From NCBI RefSeq assembly GCF_000372725.1, contig NW_005201349.1, forward strand, positions 322,723 through 386,722: DNA of 64,000 nucleotides, read 5' to 3'. The number at the start of each line of letters is the position of its first letter. Position 1 is the stretch's first letter. The notes below the pieces were generated by a model. The model was not told the DNA's origin, searched no databases, and worked only from the letters and a program-made list of their open reading frames with translations. Origin of the DNA: Emiliania huxleyi CCMP1516 (Eukaryota). Of this stretch, positions 1-12,132 are shown piece by piece. The position numbers and the translations under genes were made by a program.

Positions 1-120
1 AACGCCGGCGTTGCGCCCAAGAGGCGCGGCGGCGGCGGCGGTGGTGGCGGCGGCGGCAGCTCCTCCAACATTCCCACGCCAGCCGTCAGCGAGGCGCCGG
101 CAAACTCATGCCGCTCCGAG

Positions 121-1482
121 GTGTCGACCAGCGGCGGCCGCGGCGACAGCCGTCCCCTGTCCACCGACCGGGAGCGGGAGCGGAACCGGCGCGGGGCGGC
201 CGCGGCGGCCGGCGGCAACGGCCAGCACGACGCGGGTGCGCGGCCGGCCGAGCTGGGCCCGCGAGTGTGGGTCGCTCCGCTGACGGCGGCGGCGCTCGAT
301 CACGAGCGAGAGCTGCGCGCGTCCTTCTCGCAGTGGGGCGTCGTCAGCGCGGTCAAGGTCAAGGTGGAAGGCAGCCGCGCCTCGCCCGGCTACGGCTTTG
401 TCTACTTCAAGGAGGAGGCGGCGGTGAGGGCGCTGCTCGCTCACATTGACGCGGGCGGCGACCCGCCCGCCTTTCTCGGCCGCTCGCTGCTCGTGCGGGA
501 AGCCGTCTACAAGACGACGCCGCAGCCGAGTGATGCGCCCGCCTCCGGGCCGACCAAGCCGGACACTGCGAGCCCCGCCTCGTCGCGCGCCTCCGCTGAT
601 CGGGCCGCCCCCGCCGCCGCTCCGGACGGCGCGGCGCGGCGCGGCGGCAGCAGCTGGAGCGATTGCGTGCGCAGCAGCGGCAGCTCCGCGCCCGCCCTCT
701 CGTCGCTGCCTCGGCTGGCGGTGGGCGACGGGGTGGCCAACGGCGGGCCGACTGCCCACGCCGCCAACCCGTGGGAGGCGGGCGTCGCTGCGGGCGGCTT
801 GCCGAGGCCGCACGGCTGCGCCGATCGGCTGCCTGGCGCGCTGCCAAGCGCTGTCCGCGCGACCCCGCTCGACGACCTGCTCGACCCGTTCGTCGCCACC
901 GGCGGCGCCCAGCCGTCGTTCGACGAGCTGGGCTCGTCGATGCTGCGCGAGCTCCTCGACTCGCCTTCCCCGCCGCCTTTGCCGATGCAGCAGCCCGCGC
1001 CCCCGGCGAGGGTGCGCGCCTCTCCCCCCCTCCGCCCGACTGCGCGGCGCCCCCCTCGCGGGCCGTGCCAGCCCCGACCGCGCCCTCCCCCGGGCCGTGC
1101 GTCCCCTCTCACCCGTGCGTGCCTTGCCCACCCGCCTTGCCAGGTTCGCGCGGCGTCGTGGGGCGACAGCCCCGCCGCGTCGCCGTGGTCGCCGCCCGCG
1201 CCGTTCGTTGGGGGCGCCGCTGCTTTCGGCCACGCGGACCCGCTCGGCCACCCGCGCGGGCAGGACATGGCGACCGGGCTGCCTCCCCTGGGGGTACCAA
1301 GCCCCGCCGGCGCTTCGGGCACGTCTTGCTCGCCGTGGTGGCAGAGCGGAGGCAACCTTTCGTTGGGCGGGCTGCCGGCGCCCGCACTGGCCGACTGGGG
1401 CGGCTTCGGCCTCACCTCGGGCGGCGCCGTCGACGACGATAGCAAGCGGCGCGTGGGCCTCGGTGCAACCGGCTCTGCCTGA
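121..1482 (+). CDS. RRM-domain RNA-binding protein (5' end probably upstream of or uncertain in the window)
   Basis: RNP2-like RVWVAPL, ELRASFSQWGVV and RNP1 GYGFVYF, then LGRSLLVREA; low-complexity C-terminus; an intron is possible near 1012-1143. Confidence 0.75.
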   Translation: MSTSGGRGDSRPLSTDRERERNRRGAAAAAGGNGQHDAGARPAELGPRVWVAPLTAAALDHERELRASFSQWGVVSAVKVKVEGSRASPGYGFVYFKEEAAVRALLAHIDAGGDPPAFLGRSLLVREAVYKTTPQPSDAPASGPTKPDTASPASSRASADRAAPAAAPDGAARRGGSSWSDCVRSSGSSAPALSSLPRLAVGDGVANGGPTAHAANPWEAGVAAGGLPRPHGCADRLPGALPSAVRATPLDDLLDPFVATGGAQPSFDELGSSMLRELLDSPSPPPLPMQQPAPPARVRASPPLRPTARRPPRGPCQPRPRPPPGRASPLTRACLAHPPCQVRAASWGDSPAASPWSPPAPFVGGAAAFGHADPLGHPRGQDMATGLPPLGVPSPAGASGTSCSPWWQSGGNLSLGGLPAPALADWGGFGLTSGGAVDDDSKRRVGLGATGSA

Positions 1483-1988
1483 GTTTGACGAGCGGCGCCG
1501 GCGGCGCGGGAGCATCCTTCGGTGCATAACTGCCACGCCACTTCCCTTCCCGGTTGGCCCGCCGCGAAGATGCAGTCCGTCTGTCTTCAAGACGGATGCC
1601 GCTCCTCCCAGCGATTTGCCGCGCGCTCCTGCCTTTTCAGAGTTTTTCCCCTACGGCCTGCGCTACCGTGTCGCGACTCCACGTTAGCGCTGGAGCTTTC
1701 TTTCCTCATTTGGGACACACACACATCTCGCCGCCCCCGAACGCCGAAGCCCGCGCGCCCGCCCCCCCGCCGCGCGGGCGCGCGGCGGGCGCGGCCGCCG
1801 CGGGCGCCCGCCGCGCCGGCCGCGCCCGAGTGCCGAGTCCCGAGACGGAAAAGAAGTGCCGCGCACACACACACACATCGAAAAGTCGAGGAAAGAGAAC
1901 CTTGGATTTACAGTAGTCGTTTGAAACGGAGACAAAAAACAACAGAGAGCGCATCACTGAGGCCCCTGTGGGGGGTGCTAGGGCGGGC

Positions 1989-2881
1989 TCAGTCCACATC
2001 CTGCATCGCGGCGTCCTGCCGGGGGGGGGGGGTGGGGGGGGGTGAAGTGCCAGAGGAGGCGTGAGGAGGCGGTGTGGGGAGGGGGGGGGGAGCAGGAAGC
2101 GAGGGAGGCAAGAGGCGGAGCGCGCCTGCTCCGTGTACTTGCCCTTCTTGGCCTTGGACGGGGCCTTGCGCTCGAGGATGGCGCGGCGGTCCTTGTCGAG
2201 CTTCAGCTTCGTGATGACGCACTTGGACGGATGGATGCCCACCTGCACCGTCGCCCCCGACTGCTTCTCGCGCGTGATGCGGTCGATGTGGATGACCCAC
2301 TTCTTGCGGTAGCACTGGATCACCTTGCCCTCGCGCCCCTTGTACGTGCCCCGCACGACGGAAACCTCGTCATCCTTCCGCACGGGCATCGAACGCACCT
2401 GCGCGCGTCGGATGCAGCCCCGGGTCGGCACGGCGGGCCGCGGCTCGCCGCGCCCCCTCCTGCCAGCGCCCCCAACCAGCCCCACCGGCCCCGGCGCTGC
2501 GCAGGGCCGCGGCGCACAGAGTGCTTCTTCCGAAGCTCGTTCGACAGCGCTGAGCTCATAATGATCCGCCGCTGCGACGACGACGCATTGAAGTGCGCCT
2601 TGCGCGACTTGCGCCGCGATGAGCTGACGTCTGGGGAGGGGGAGAGGGGACGCGGCGGCGTCAGGCGAGCTGGCGGGCGGGCGTCTGCAGCTCGGCGAGG
2701 CGAGCGGGCGCGACGCGAGGAGCGCGAGGCGCGCGACTCCCACGGCTGCGTCTTCAGGCGGGCAACGGCGCGGCGCGGCCGCAGTGCACAGAGCAAAACC
2801 ACACCACCCCAAGTGCCCAGAGGCGAGGCACAGAGCGAGGCAGCGCGCTGCGGGGCGTGCCGCACCAGGCTGGAACTTCAT
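1989..2881 (-). CDS. RPL26: 60S ribosomal protein L26 (uL24), 4 exons: 2881-2866, 2630-2518, 2398-2126, 2015-1989
   Basis: Spliced translation [69 protein letters not shown]...[24 protein letters not shown]...-DAAMQDVD*; last intron is GC-AG. Confidence 0.97.
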
Positions 2882-3344
2882 CGCACCGCCCGCGCTGCAG
2901 CCGCCGGAGCACCTAGAGGCGTTCGCGCGTGCCGAGTTTGTGTTGCGAGGTGGAGAGGTGCACGGCGGGGCGCGGGCTGCTCTCTGGCTGCTGCACGCGC
3001 CTGGGCGATGGGAAAAAAATCTTATAGGCGCGGCGCGGCTGCCGCCTTTCTTTCCTATTTCCCCCCCCTCTTTCTCCCGCGACACACGACCGATCACGAA
3101 TTCTTTTTCCTAGGCACAGCAGAAGGAAGGGACGGAAAGGACTCGGGGAAAGGGCGAGAATGCAACTGCATCATCCGGCCCTTGGGTCTCAAGATCTCTC
3201 TCTGGGCCTCATTACACATACGAACAAACAAAACAAATCCCCCCCACATACGAAAATACGGGACGCCCCCCTTCCTTGCACAGAGAGTAGAGCAGATCTC
3301 AGCCTGATCTCAACCCACCCACCGGAGCGCGCGTGCTGAGGGAG

Positions 3345-3500
3345 GGTGTAGAGGATGTAGAGTGTAGAGCGCTGTAGAGCTGTAGAGATGTAGAGCGCTG
3401 TAGAGCTGTAGAGCTCTACATCCGGTGCGTGACGATGTGAGTCGCCTGTAGAGCGATGTAGAGCGCGATTTTGCTGTAGAGTTTGTTGTAGAGGCTCTAC
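3345..3500. repeat. Degenerate TGTAGAG(C) tandem/palindromic repeat
   Basis: Many copies of tgtagag, including the palindrome tgtagagctctaca. Confidence 0.8.
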
Positions 3501-3861
3501 AGGGGCAAGCCTGCTCCGCAGGACGCCTGTGCCACGGCCACGCCCCTCGGGGCGAAGAAGGCGGGCAAGCGTGCAGCGGAGGCGGCGCGCAGGGCGATTG
3601 CGCTTGAGAGGGAGGTGTGGGTTGACGGGGAGTGCCGGGGTGGGCGTCGTAAGGGTGAGGGCGATTGCCGCCCTCCCCCCTTCGCCCACCTCGACGCCTT
3701 CGTGTAGGCGCCCCCGCGACTGTGCCTCTTTTGGTGCTGTGTCGTACCTGTGTCGAACCTGTGTGTTGTCAGAGGGACTTAGTTCCTTGAATTCTTTTGC
3801 GCACTACCATTCCTGGTCGGCGCCCCGGCTGGGGCCTCTGGCTGTTCTCCCGACTGACGCT

Positions 3862-5004
3862 ATGCCGGTGCACGTCAGCCTCGTCGTGCCGCAGGGCACG
3901 ACCGCCGGGCAGCAGATCAGCTTCGTGCACACCGACGGGCGGAACGTCTCGCTCATCCTCCCCGCTGGCGTCGTCCCCGGGCAGATGCTGCACGTCAACG
4001 TTCCGGACGACGCGGCGGCGCCAACGCCTCAGGCGCAGCAGCAGCAGCAGCAGCAGGCCGCGGGCTCGTCGCAGCCGCCTCCCTCGAAGCGGCAGAAGTC
4101 GAAGAAGGAGCTGGCGGCGGATGACGGCATGTCGCTCTGGCCGCTCTCGGAGAGGCGCGACCCGGCGGTGTGGCGCGCGCTCTCGGGCCTGAGTGCGACG
4201 CACGGCGCATGGTTGGGGCGCGGGCGCGATGCGTCGCAGGGCACGTACGACTCGCTGCGGCTCGCTTGCGCGTGGCGCATAGAGAATCCGCGCCGGAGCG
4301 CGCGCGTCGAGGGCGGCACGCGCTGCATGTCGGACGAGCTCGACTGCCTGAAGCGCAAGGGAGGTGTCGCGCGCGAGGTGTGGCGCGACATGATGACCTC
4401 GAGCACGGCGGCGGCGCTCGAGGCGCAGGGCAAGCTGCAGCTGCGCACCGAGCTGAACGAGGTGCTGCTGCTGCACGGCATCCCACGGAGCTCGCTGCTC
4501 ACCGTACTCGCTAACGGCCTCAACGAGCGCTTCAGCGGCACGCACGCGGGCGCCGCGTTTGGGAATGGCGCATACCTAGCGGAGGATCTTGGCAAGGCGG
4601 ACCAGTACGTCGACGCCGACGCCAACTATGACCCGGCGAGCGACCTTCACCAGCGGCTCTACGGCCGGTCGTACCGCCACCCGGGCACCGCCTTGCACTA
4701 TGCGCTCGTGTGCCGCGTCGCGCTCGGCCACCCGATCCGGACCAAGGACGCGGGAGCGCTGGCGAGGTCTTGCGACGATCCGAACGAGCGCGTCTTCCCC
4801 GTGAACGTGCGCGAGCTTGCCCCCGTGCCCAACTTGGCGCCGCCGATGCACTACCACTCGCTCATCGCGGAGAAGGGGCCGGGCCACGACCGGTACCGCG
4901 AGTTTGTCATCTTCCACGCGAGCGACTACATCTGCCCAGAGTACCTGATCGCGTATCATCGCGAGAATTCGTCTGCGCAGGCCTCTAGGGGCCCGAGCCG
5001 CTAG
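3862..5004 (+). CDS. PARP catalytic-domain (ADP-ribosyltransferase) protein, intronless
   Basis: LLHG, FGNGAYLAE..KADQY, LVCRVALG, REFVIF...ICPEYLIAY, giving the H-Y-E triad pattern of PARP-like domains; ATG at 3862. Confidence 0.85.
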   Translation: MPVHVSLVVPQGTTAGQQISFVHTDGRNVSLILPAGVVPGQMLHVNVPDDAAAPTPQAQQQQQQQAAGSSQPPPSKRQKSKKELAADDGMSLWPLSERRDPAVWRALSGLSATHGAWLGRGRDASQGTYDSLRLACAWRIENPRRSARVEGGTRCMSDELDCLKRKGGVAREVWRDMMTSSTAAALEAQGKLQLRTELNEVLLLHGIPRSSLLTVLANGLNERFSGTHAGAAFGNGAYLAEDLGKADQYVDADANYDPASDLHQRLYGRSYRHPGTALHYALVCRVALGHPIRTKDAGALARSCDDPNERVFPVNVRELAPVPNLAPPMHYHSLIAEKGPGHDRYREFVIFHASDYICPEYLIAYHRENSSAQASRGPSR

Positions 5005-5986
5005 CGCCGTTTTAGCGTTTTTATTGTGCGAGACTGTAGAATGGTTGGGTAGTAGGGCTAGAGGGTCGCTCTACACTTAGCCTCTGCAGCGAGCGAGCGC
5101 TCAACTTAGCCCCCGCACGGAGCCGGGCTCGGACTTAGACCCTCACGGTCGGGGGCCATGAACTTAGACTCCGGGTAAACCCGGGTATACCTGAAAAGCT
5201 TTCAGGTTTACCCGAAAAATACCTGGACGCGTCCCGACCAACGTTTGCCGCGCCGCGCACGACGCCATATCGCCTTCTCCCAGGGCCAGTGCGCTACTTG
5301 CGGCGCGCAACGCCTGCTCAAGTACGCGCAACGTACCATATGCTTCCGCTATGCGTGCCTTAAGGCGGCTGCGGCGAAGCGGCGGGCGCGGCATGCCGAT
5401 GGCAGTGCGGACGATGCGGTTGCGATGTGTTCTGCTTCAAGATCGTGGCGGTGCTTGGCATGCACTTCTGCGATCCCAATCAGCTCATCGCAACGAAGCA
5501 GCGCAACAAGCTGGCTGCTGCCAACAAGGCCCTATGCTACCTCACGCGCGGATCGTTCAAAGAGGACCAGCATACACAGGCTTCTCTGACATGCGTTTGT
5601 TTGAGCTTGAGGCTATTTGTGAGAACTGTTTGGCGAAGAAGTCGCCGAAGATTGCGCTCAAGAAGCAGCAACGAGAATCGGAAGAGGAGGACGCTGAGGC
5701 GGCGATTGCTGAGCATGAGAAGGATCGATCGCCCGCCGCAGGCGAAGAAAATTTGGGGGTTGCGCCGTATCGTTTGTACGTTGATCACGGTGGGAGCCTC
5801 TTGGCCCCAGGCCGTCCACGGCCGACTTAGCCGATGTAAGAGGCTCCCGCTGATCTTAGACCGCGCAAGCACTCCAGCGTGGCTAGCCACACTTAGACCC
5901 GTTAGGCCTCCAGGCTCAGAACTTAGACTACTACCCAACCAGTGACTGTAGTTTCTGATTCTGTCATCTCCAGAGTCCAATTACGT

Positions 5987-6107
<121 letters not shown>

Positions 6108-6130
6108 CGCTCACCCACGCGCACGACTCT

Positions 6131-6244
6131 GGGCCTTGCACTTTGAATGCCGTGGGGCTCCTGTCGTCAGACGTGGAGACGCGAGGGTTGCCCCCCCTTG
6201 CCCCACCACCTCGTGTGTGTGGAGAAGTTTACCTTACCTTACCT
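6131..6244 (+). mobile_element. SINE/LINE-3'-like dispersed element ending in an (ACCTT)n tail, copy 1
   Basis: Near-identical to 26832-26961 (gggccttgcactttgaatgccgtgggg...gtggagaagtttaccttacctt); diverged copies at 58217-58335 (-) and 35481-35550 (-). Confidence 0.7.
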
Positions 6245-6652
6245 ACTTAGCCCAATTAAATTTAAAACGCAAAAAGCCGTAGAGCAGCCGTGTGCTTCTT
6301 TGATTGTTTGAAGATTGAACCTGCGGAAACTCAAAAAATGTGGCACTCGCCGTCTCTAATATGCGTGTTGCGTGTGACAGGGTTTGACTTGGAGAGGGCG
6401 GACGCCAGTCGCACAGTCCCCAGAGAGGCCGTGCCGAGAGCCCCCTCAGAGCTCCAGTGCGCGGCCACGTGCCGGAGATCTCATCTCTACCCACACGCGC
6501 AAGCGCCTCGCTGCTCACCTCCATCCAGCCCTCTCTGCACTAGCAACGTGTGACGGTACTCTCCGGCGAGTCGAGAGCCTCGCAAGCCGCACTCTCCGGG
6601 CCCACTCTCCGCGTGCTCCCTCCGTGCGTCGAGAGGCCGGCTGAGAGGCGGC

Positions 6653-9631
6653 TCAGAAGCGGCCCCCGGGCTTTCGCAGGACGGTGGGCCGCCCCTGGGG
6701 CGTGTGCGCGCTGAGCTCGAACAGGATCTGGTCGAGGCTCTTGCCCTTGGTCTCGGGCACCGTCCTCGTGACAAACACGGCGAAGCCACAGACGACCACG
6801 GCGAAGGGGAGGAAACAAGCGGACCTGCTCGAAGGGGCCGCCGTGCGTCACAAGGCGGACGGTTGTGCGCAGACTTGGAAGGGGAAGGGAAGGGGGGGGG
6901 GGGGGGGTGCGGACTTCAGCGCGTTGGAGAGCGGCATGAAGGCTTGGCCGACGACGAAGTTTGCCATCCAGTTGCTGCCGGCAGAGACCGAGGCGCCGAG
7001 GGCGCACCTGTCTGGGGCGAACAGCTCCGCGGGCAGCAGCCACGGGACGGGGCCGAGCCCGACGCCGAAGGACATGACGAAGCCGACCACCTGTGGAACC
7101 AAGCAAGCGTGGTCCAAGAAGAGAGTGGCTCCGACAAAGGGCTGACAAGGCCGCCGCCGACCTGTGACATAAAGAGCAGCGGTGTGACGAACGAGAAACG
7201 ACCTCCCAGCAGCGGAGACGTGGCGAGGCGCACCGAGGCGATGGCGAGTGGAGCGGTCCAGCCGTGACCGGGGCAGGAGAGCGAGCTCGTGAGGGCGACG
7301 GTGGAGAGGGCCATGCCGACGCACGAGACGAGCATCAGCGAGCGGCGGCCCGATAGGTCCATCAGCCGGACAGACACGACCGTGATTGCGACGTTGCCCA
7401 CGTTCATCAGCACCGAGATGATGACGACGGTGGCGGCGTCGACCCCGTTGGAGGTGAGGAAGATGGTCGAGTAGTTGAAGACCTGCAGTCCGCAACCGGC
7501 CACACCTCAACACGAGGTGTGGGAGGGCGGGACCGGACGCGCGAGCAGTCGCGTTGTTGATGCCAGAGAACTGCTGGCACACGTGGCACGTCACGCAAAT
7601 GAAGAGGCCTCGGCGCGCCACGCTATCCGACAGCAGCGAGCGAAGGCCGCCGCCGTCGCCGCCTGCGCGGGGGAAGGCTCCGAGAAGGTTCGGGGAAGGG
7701 CCCGGGGAGCGGCGAGGCAGGACCCGCCGCTGTCGCCGCCTCCGCCCGCGATCGGACCCGCCGCCATCTGCATCAGGTCGAGCTCCTGCAGACCGCCGCA
7801 GCACGGAGCAGTGACGAACTCACCCCCCTCTCGCCGAGCTGCCCGTCCCGTCTCCGTCTCCGCCAAACCGCCTGCACCACCGCGAGCGACGAGAGCGGCT
7901 CGCCGCGCAACGCGGCCAGGATCGCCTGTTGATGGAGTGAGGGACAGTGAAGTGGAGCATCAGGAGCGGCTAGGGCGCGCAAGCGCGGCGAGGGTCGCCT
8001 AAAGCAGCGCCGGCCTCGGGAAAAGTTCGGGGAAAACTCAACCTCTGGCGGCGCGCGGCGCGGGCGAAGGATCGCCTGTGCCCGGATCGCCTACGACGCA
8101 ACAGCCGATCGGTAAGAATGAATGGGTCGGCGTGTGCGAGGGTTGCCTCCGCCCGGATCGCCTCGGCGTCGGAGCGGCCGGCGAGCCAGCGCGGGCTCTC
8201 AAGCAAGAAGGAGTGGAGCACCTGTTCACGGCTGTGCGCGTGAAGAGACGCCGTGCACACAGCGCGGCCTCTCGAGCAAAGGAGAGCGGAGCAGCGCCAA
8301 GAGCGACGCGGCGGGCAGGGCGCCGAGGGCAAGGTAGGCGGACCAGAGGCCGCTCCTGCCGAGGAGCGCTGGCAAGCCGACGATCTGCGCGAGGAGGATG
8401 CCTAATCTCGGGTCATCTCGGGTGATCTCGGGTGATCTCGGGTGATCTCGGGCAAGCAAGCCGACGATCTGCCAACCCGCCTGTGCAGCAAGTGAGCTGG
8501 AAGCATGTGCCCAGCGCGCCGCGCAAGTGCGGCGGCGAGATCTCGCCTAGTCAGAGGCAGTGATCTCGGGTGATCTCTGGTGATGTCGGGTGATGTCGGG
8601 TGATCTCGAGTGATCTCGAGTGATCTCGAGTGATCTCGAGTGGTCTCGAGTGATCTCGAGTGATGTCGGGTGATCTCCGGCGTGCTCGCCGAGGTACATA
8701 GGCACGACGACTGTCGACGAGCCGCTCGCGACGCCGCAGACCGCTCGGCCGGCGAGGAGGAGGCAGAGGCCGATGGAGGAGCGCTCGAGCGGGCTGGCGG
8801 GGCGAGGGACCACGCCCGACGCAGCCTCGAGAGCAGACCCGAGCAGGTAGACCGTCGAGATGAGCAAGATGGTCTTGCGCCTGCGACGGAGGGCAGGAGA
8901 CGGACTCACTCGCTGGTGCAGGCAGGCCGAGAGATGGCCGCCTCTCGGCCTGCCGATCGAGTCTGCCACCATCGGAACCAGCGAGCAGCCGAGCAGCGCA
9001 CCTGCAGACAAGAGAAGGGGACGGCACTGCCCCCCTCCGTCCACGTCCCGCCCCCGGCTCCGCGCCAGCGGGAGGGGACGGCGGGCGGGCAGACCGCGCG
9101 GGGCGGAGGGCAGCGGAGGGGCGGGCCGCGAAGCGGCCGGCAGGCGGGTCGGCGGCGCAGGTGGCGGCGGATCGGCGGCGCAGGCGGCGCGCCGAGGCAA
9201 AAGATGGACACGCAAAAGGCCCAGGCGTTGTCGTTCTCTACGCCGGCCTCGATCCCGAGGTCGGCACGCATCGCCGGCGCCGCTGGGTTCATGTTGCCGA
9301 GATGGAAACCATACATGAGGGCGCACAGGACCGCCGTCCCGGCTGCCTTAACGAGCGCAGCTGTGTAGCCTCCCTGCACGAGGATGAGTGTACTATCTCG
9401 CTGCGGCTCGAATGCGAGGCCCAGCTGGTCGAGCGAGACCGCCACCGAGTTGGAGTGCGTCACACGCGTCGTGAGGCCCAGAGTGGCGACCGGTGCCAGG
9501 TCGTGCAGCGGCGAGTGTGTGAGCTCGGTGAAGAGGCAGTCCGTGGTCGTGCGCCGTCGCACGAGCTTCGGGCGCTCTTCCACCTCTATGAAGGGCGTGG
9601 TAAGCACCGGGTGAGACGACACCGACTTCAT
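6653..9631 (-). CDS. MFS sugar porter (GLUT/SLC2A-like hexose transporter), multi-exon
   Basis: Motifs across exons: YGFHLGNMN, VSIFCLG, ADSIGR, GRAVCGVASG...VPMYLGE, ESPRWL, QQFSGIN, GRRSL, GLGPVPWLLPAELF, NWMANF, PETKGKSLDQI; in-frame TGA at 6653-6655. Confidence 0.92.
8403..8678. repeat. Intronic 10-bp tandem repeats (gtgatctcgg / gtgatctcga)
   Basis: Two arrays, at about 8403-8452 and 8560-8678, inside sugar-porter introns. Confidence 0.9.
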
Positions 9632-11052
9632 CGGGCGGACAGCGTGCCCAAGCCGTCGGTCCGGGGCCTATCCTCTTGGGGGCCGACCCGATGCTTCGCT
9701 CATGCTGTGAAAACAGTTGGCGGGGGATTTTTTCGCCAGTCAATAGAGCATGAAAATACCTTTCAGACGGTACCTTTCTGTCCTCCAGAGTCGAAGAGCT
9801 CGACCGGTGGCTGGCCGCCAAAGTGGCTGGACGGCGCCGCGGCGCACACTGGTGAGCCGCGGAGCTGTCGCGGGGGAGGTCATGGACCCTCTGCCAAGGC
9901 GCCGGGCGGTGTTCGCCGGCGCCTCCGTTGAGCAGTGAGCCTGAGGGTGGGCGCGGGTCGGCCGGATAGCCGGCGGCCCCCACGAGATGAGCCGCCGTGC
10001 CGGGGTCCGCGCCCCTCCTGGAGGGTGAAGGCGTGCCCGCGATAGTGGGCGTTGCCTGCGTGCTCCAGGGTGCATTGGGCTCCACCCCGTCATGCCTGCC
10101 GAGGGGCGGTGGCCCATCGGCCGGCGGGGTGGAGCTCCGGTCTTGTTGCTTGCCCATCGACGCTGCGTCGGCCTTGCGGCCGGGCTATGCGCTCGAAGGG
10201 GAGGGTGGACGTGGACGCGGTGGCGTCCAAGCCCGGTGTTGCCAAAGAAGTGCTGCCGCTCACGCGACGGATCTTACGCTTACGTTTGCTCAATAGAGGC
10301 GGCCCGGACAACGGCCCAATTCATCAATTCCACTCATCTTCTGTTGCCTAGTCCCGTGCAGCGGCGGTCCGGCGGGCTGCCCCCAAGGCCCCCTGGGCCG
10401 CTGCGGGTTTTGGAGTTATGCTTTGGCACAGCTTCGGCGATGGCGGCCCCTCTCTGGGGCTTGCATAGGCGGGGAGTCTCCCTCGCTGGTCTCCTCATTC
10501 CCTTTTTCTTTTTCTTTTGAGCTGGGTGTGCCGCCGCGCGGCGCTCGCGCGGCGGCGGTGTGTGTGTGTGTGTGGTGGAGGGGGGGGGGGAGGGGGGCTG
10601 GGCGCGCAGGACAGAGGCTCGACGATCATCGGCTCGCCGAGGGGGGATCGAGGAGGGGGGAATGGGCGGTCGGCGTCGGGGTAGAAGCAACAGGGCGTAC
10701 GGGGTAGTCGTCACACCCTCCTGCCTCACAAGGGCGGGGCTGTCCCGGAAAGTGAGAGACGCCGGGCAGCGTGACGCACAACTGAAAACCCTCCCATACG
10801 TGTTCGTGGCTCCTCCTTCGCTGTCCCATCTCCTCATCTCTTTCCCACCTAGGCGGGGCAGGGGGCGGGGGGGCGGCGGGTGCGGGTGCGAGGTGCGGTG
10901 CGGTGCGTGAAATCGTGTGTTTGGCGTCATGTCGTGTGTGTGCCTTCGCTTGTTCCTATTAACAACGAAGTCTAGCTCAAAAAAAAACTTGGAGTGAAAT
11001 CAAAAACAAAGACGGGAGTCGGAGATCTCACAACGATGGCGACGAGCTCTTC

Positions 11053-12132
11053 TTACAGATGGCACATTGAACTGATGCACCGCGCCATGGGGTTGCAGCA
11101 ATCGCTCGTTTGCGCGCAGCTGCTGGCGCCAAACTGGCCGAAGGTGTTCGAGCACCCGAGCATTGGTAGGCAGTCCTCCTCACTGAGGCGGCGCGGCTCC
11201 TCCCGGCGTCTCGTCTCTGGGTTGATCAGCATGCCCTCGGTGGCAGCGGACATGGGCGCCAGGCCCCAGATCTCGGGCAGCGTGCCACGCGCATCCTCTT
11301 CGCGCGCAATGTGCGTCCAAGCAAGATCAAGATGGACATGCCTGGCCTGTTCCGCCCGGTCTGCAAACTTGCGGGCCACCGACGAACGAATCACGAGCCC
11401 TAGCTGGTCACCCACAGTGACGTGGATCAGCTCGATGGGGATACCTCCCTGCCGCGAGTCAATGGCAGCCACAACCGCGACGTTCCCATATCTCTGCTTG
11501 CCGACGCCCGTCAGCGGGGCGTCGCCAACGCGGACGGCAAGTGCAGCCAGCGTGGTCTTGTTGAGAGCGGTGCTGAGAGCGGTGAGGTTGGCGGTGTGGT
11601 TGACAGCAACTGTGAGGGTGGCCTCTCCCGCTCTGGTGATGCGCAGGACGTGAAGCCACTCGCCCTTTGCAGAGTCGTAGCCGGGTGTGCGACTGGCAGT
11701 TCCCATCACAGCGATGTCATCCAGCCGGAAGAGCTCGAGCTCTGTCCCTTCTGGCAGCCAGTAACGCGTTGACACGCCATTGTAAGTCGTGATTGGGTCG
11801 CCGACAGAGGTGGGGCAGGACTCTCCCAAAAAGGAAATGGGAGCACCATCCATGCACTGGTTGCAGGGGTGACCATTGTTTGCGCCTGACGCCACGTTCC
11901 AGCACGCGTCGCTCCACCCACCCAAGCAGCATTCAGCAGGGTGCTCGCCACTGCACTGCCAATCGATCTCGTGCCGCTGCGCTCGGCAGCAGGTTGCGCA
12001 TGCCGCTGCGCTCGGGTCGGATTCGCAATCGCCCGAGCATGGTGTTCCAAGAACGGCGGGGACTGTACCCTCAATCGTTGTCGCCTCGAAGAGCCTGCGC
12101 CCCGGGAGAGCGAAGGCCAAGCAGTGATACAT
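11053..12132 (-). CDS. Cys-rich, probably secreted protein with a vWD-like GDP(I) segment, intronless
   Basis: Long ORF with a non-shadow amino-acid composition; hydrophobic N-terminus MYHCLAFAL; Cys clusters at both ends; VGDPITTYNG. Confidence 0.55.
   Translation of the reverse strand: MYHCLAFALPGRRLFEATTIEGTVPAVLGTPCSGDCESDPSAAACATCCRAQRHEIDWQCSGEHPAECCLGGWSDACWNVASGANNGHPCNQCMDGAPISFLGESCPTSVGDPITTYNGVSTRYWLPEGTELELFRLDDIAVMGTASRTPGYDSAKGEWLHVLRITRAGEATLTVAVNHTANLTALSTALNKTTLAALAVRVGDAPLTGVGKQRYGNVAVVAAIDSRQGGIPIELIHVTVGDQLGLVIRSSVARKFADRAEQARHVHLDLAWTHIAREEDARGTLPEIWGLAPMSAATEGMLINPETRRREEPRRLSEEDCLPMLGCSNTFGQFGASSCAQTSDCCNPMARCISSMCHL

Noticed and set aside
5075..5167. CRISPR-like repeat-spacer array
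   Set aside because: The conserved part is only 6 nt, the spacers are partly similar to each other, the context is eukaryotic and there are no cas genes.
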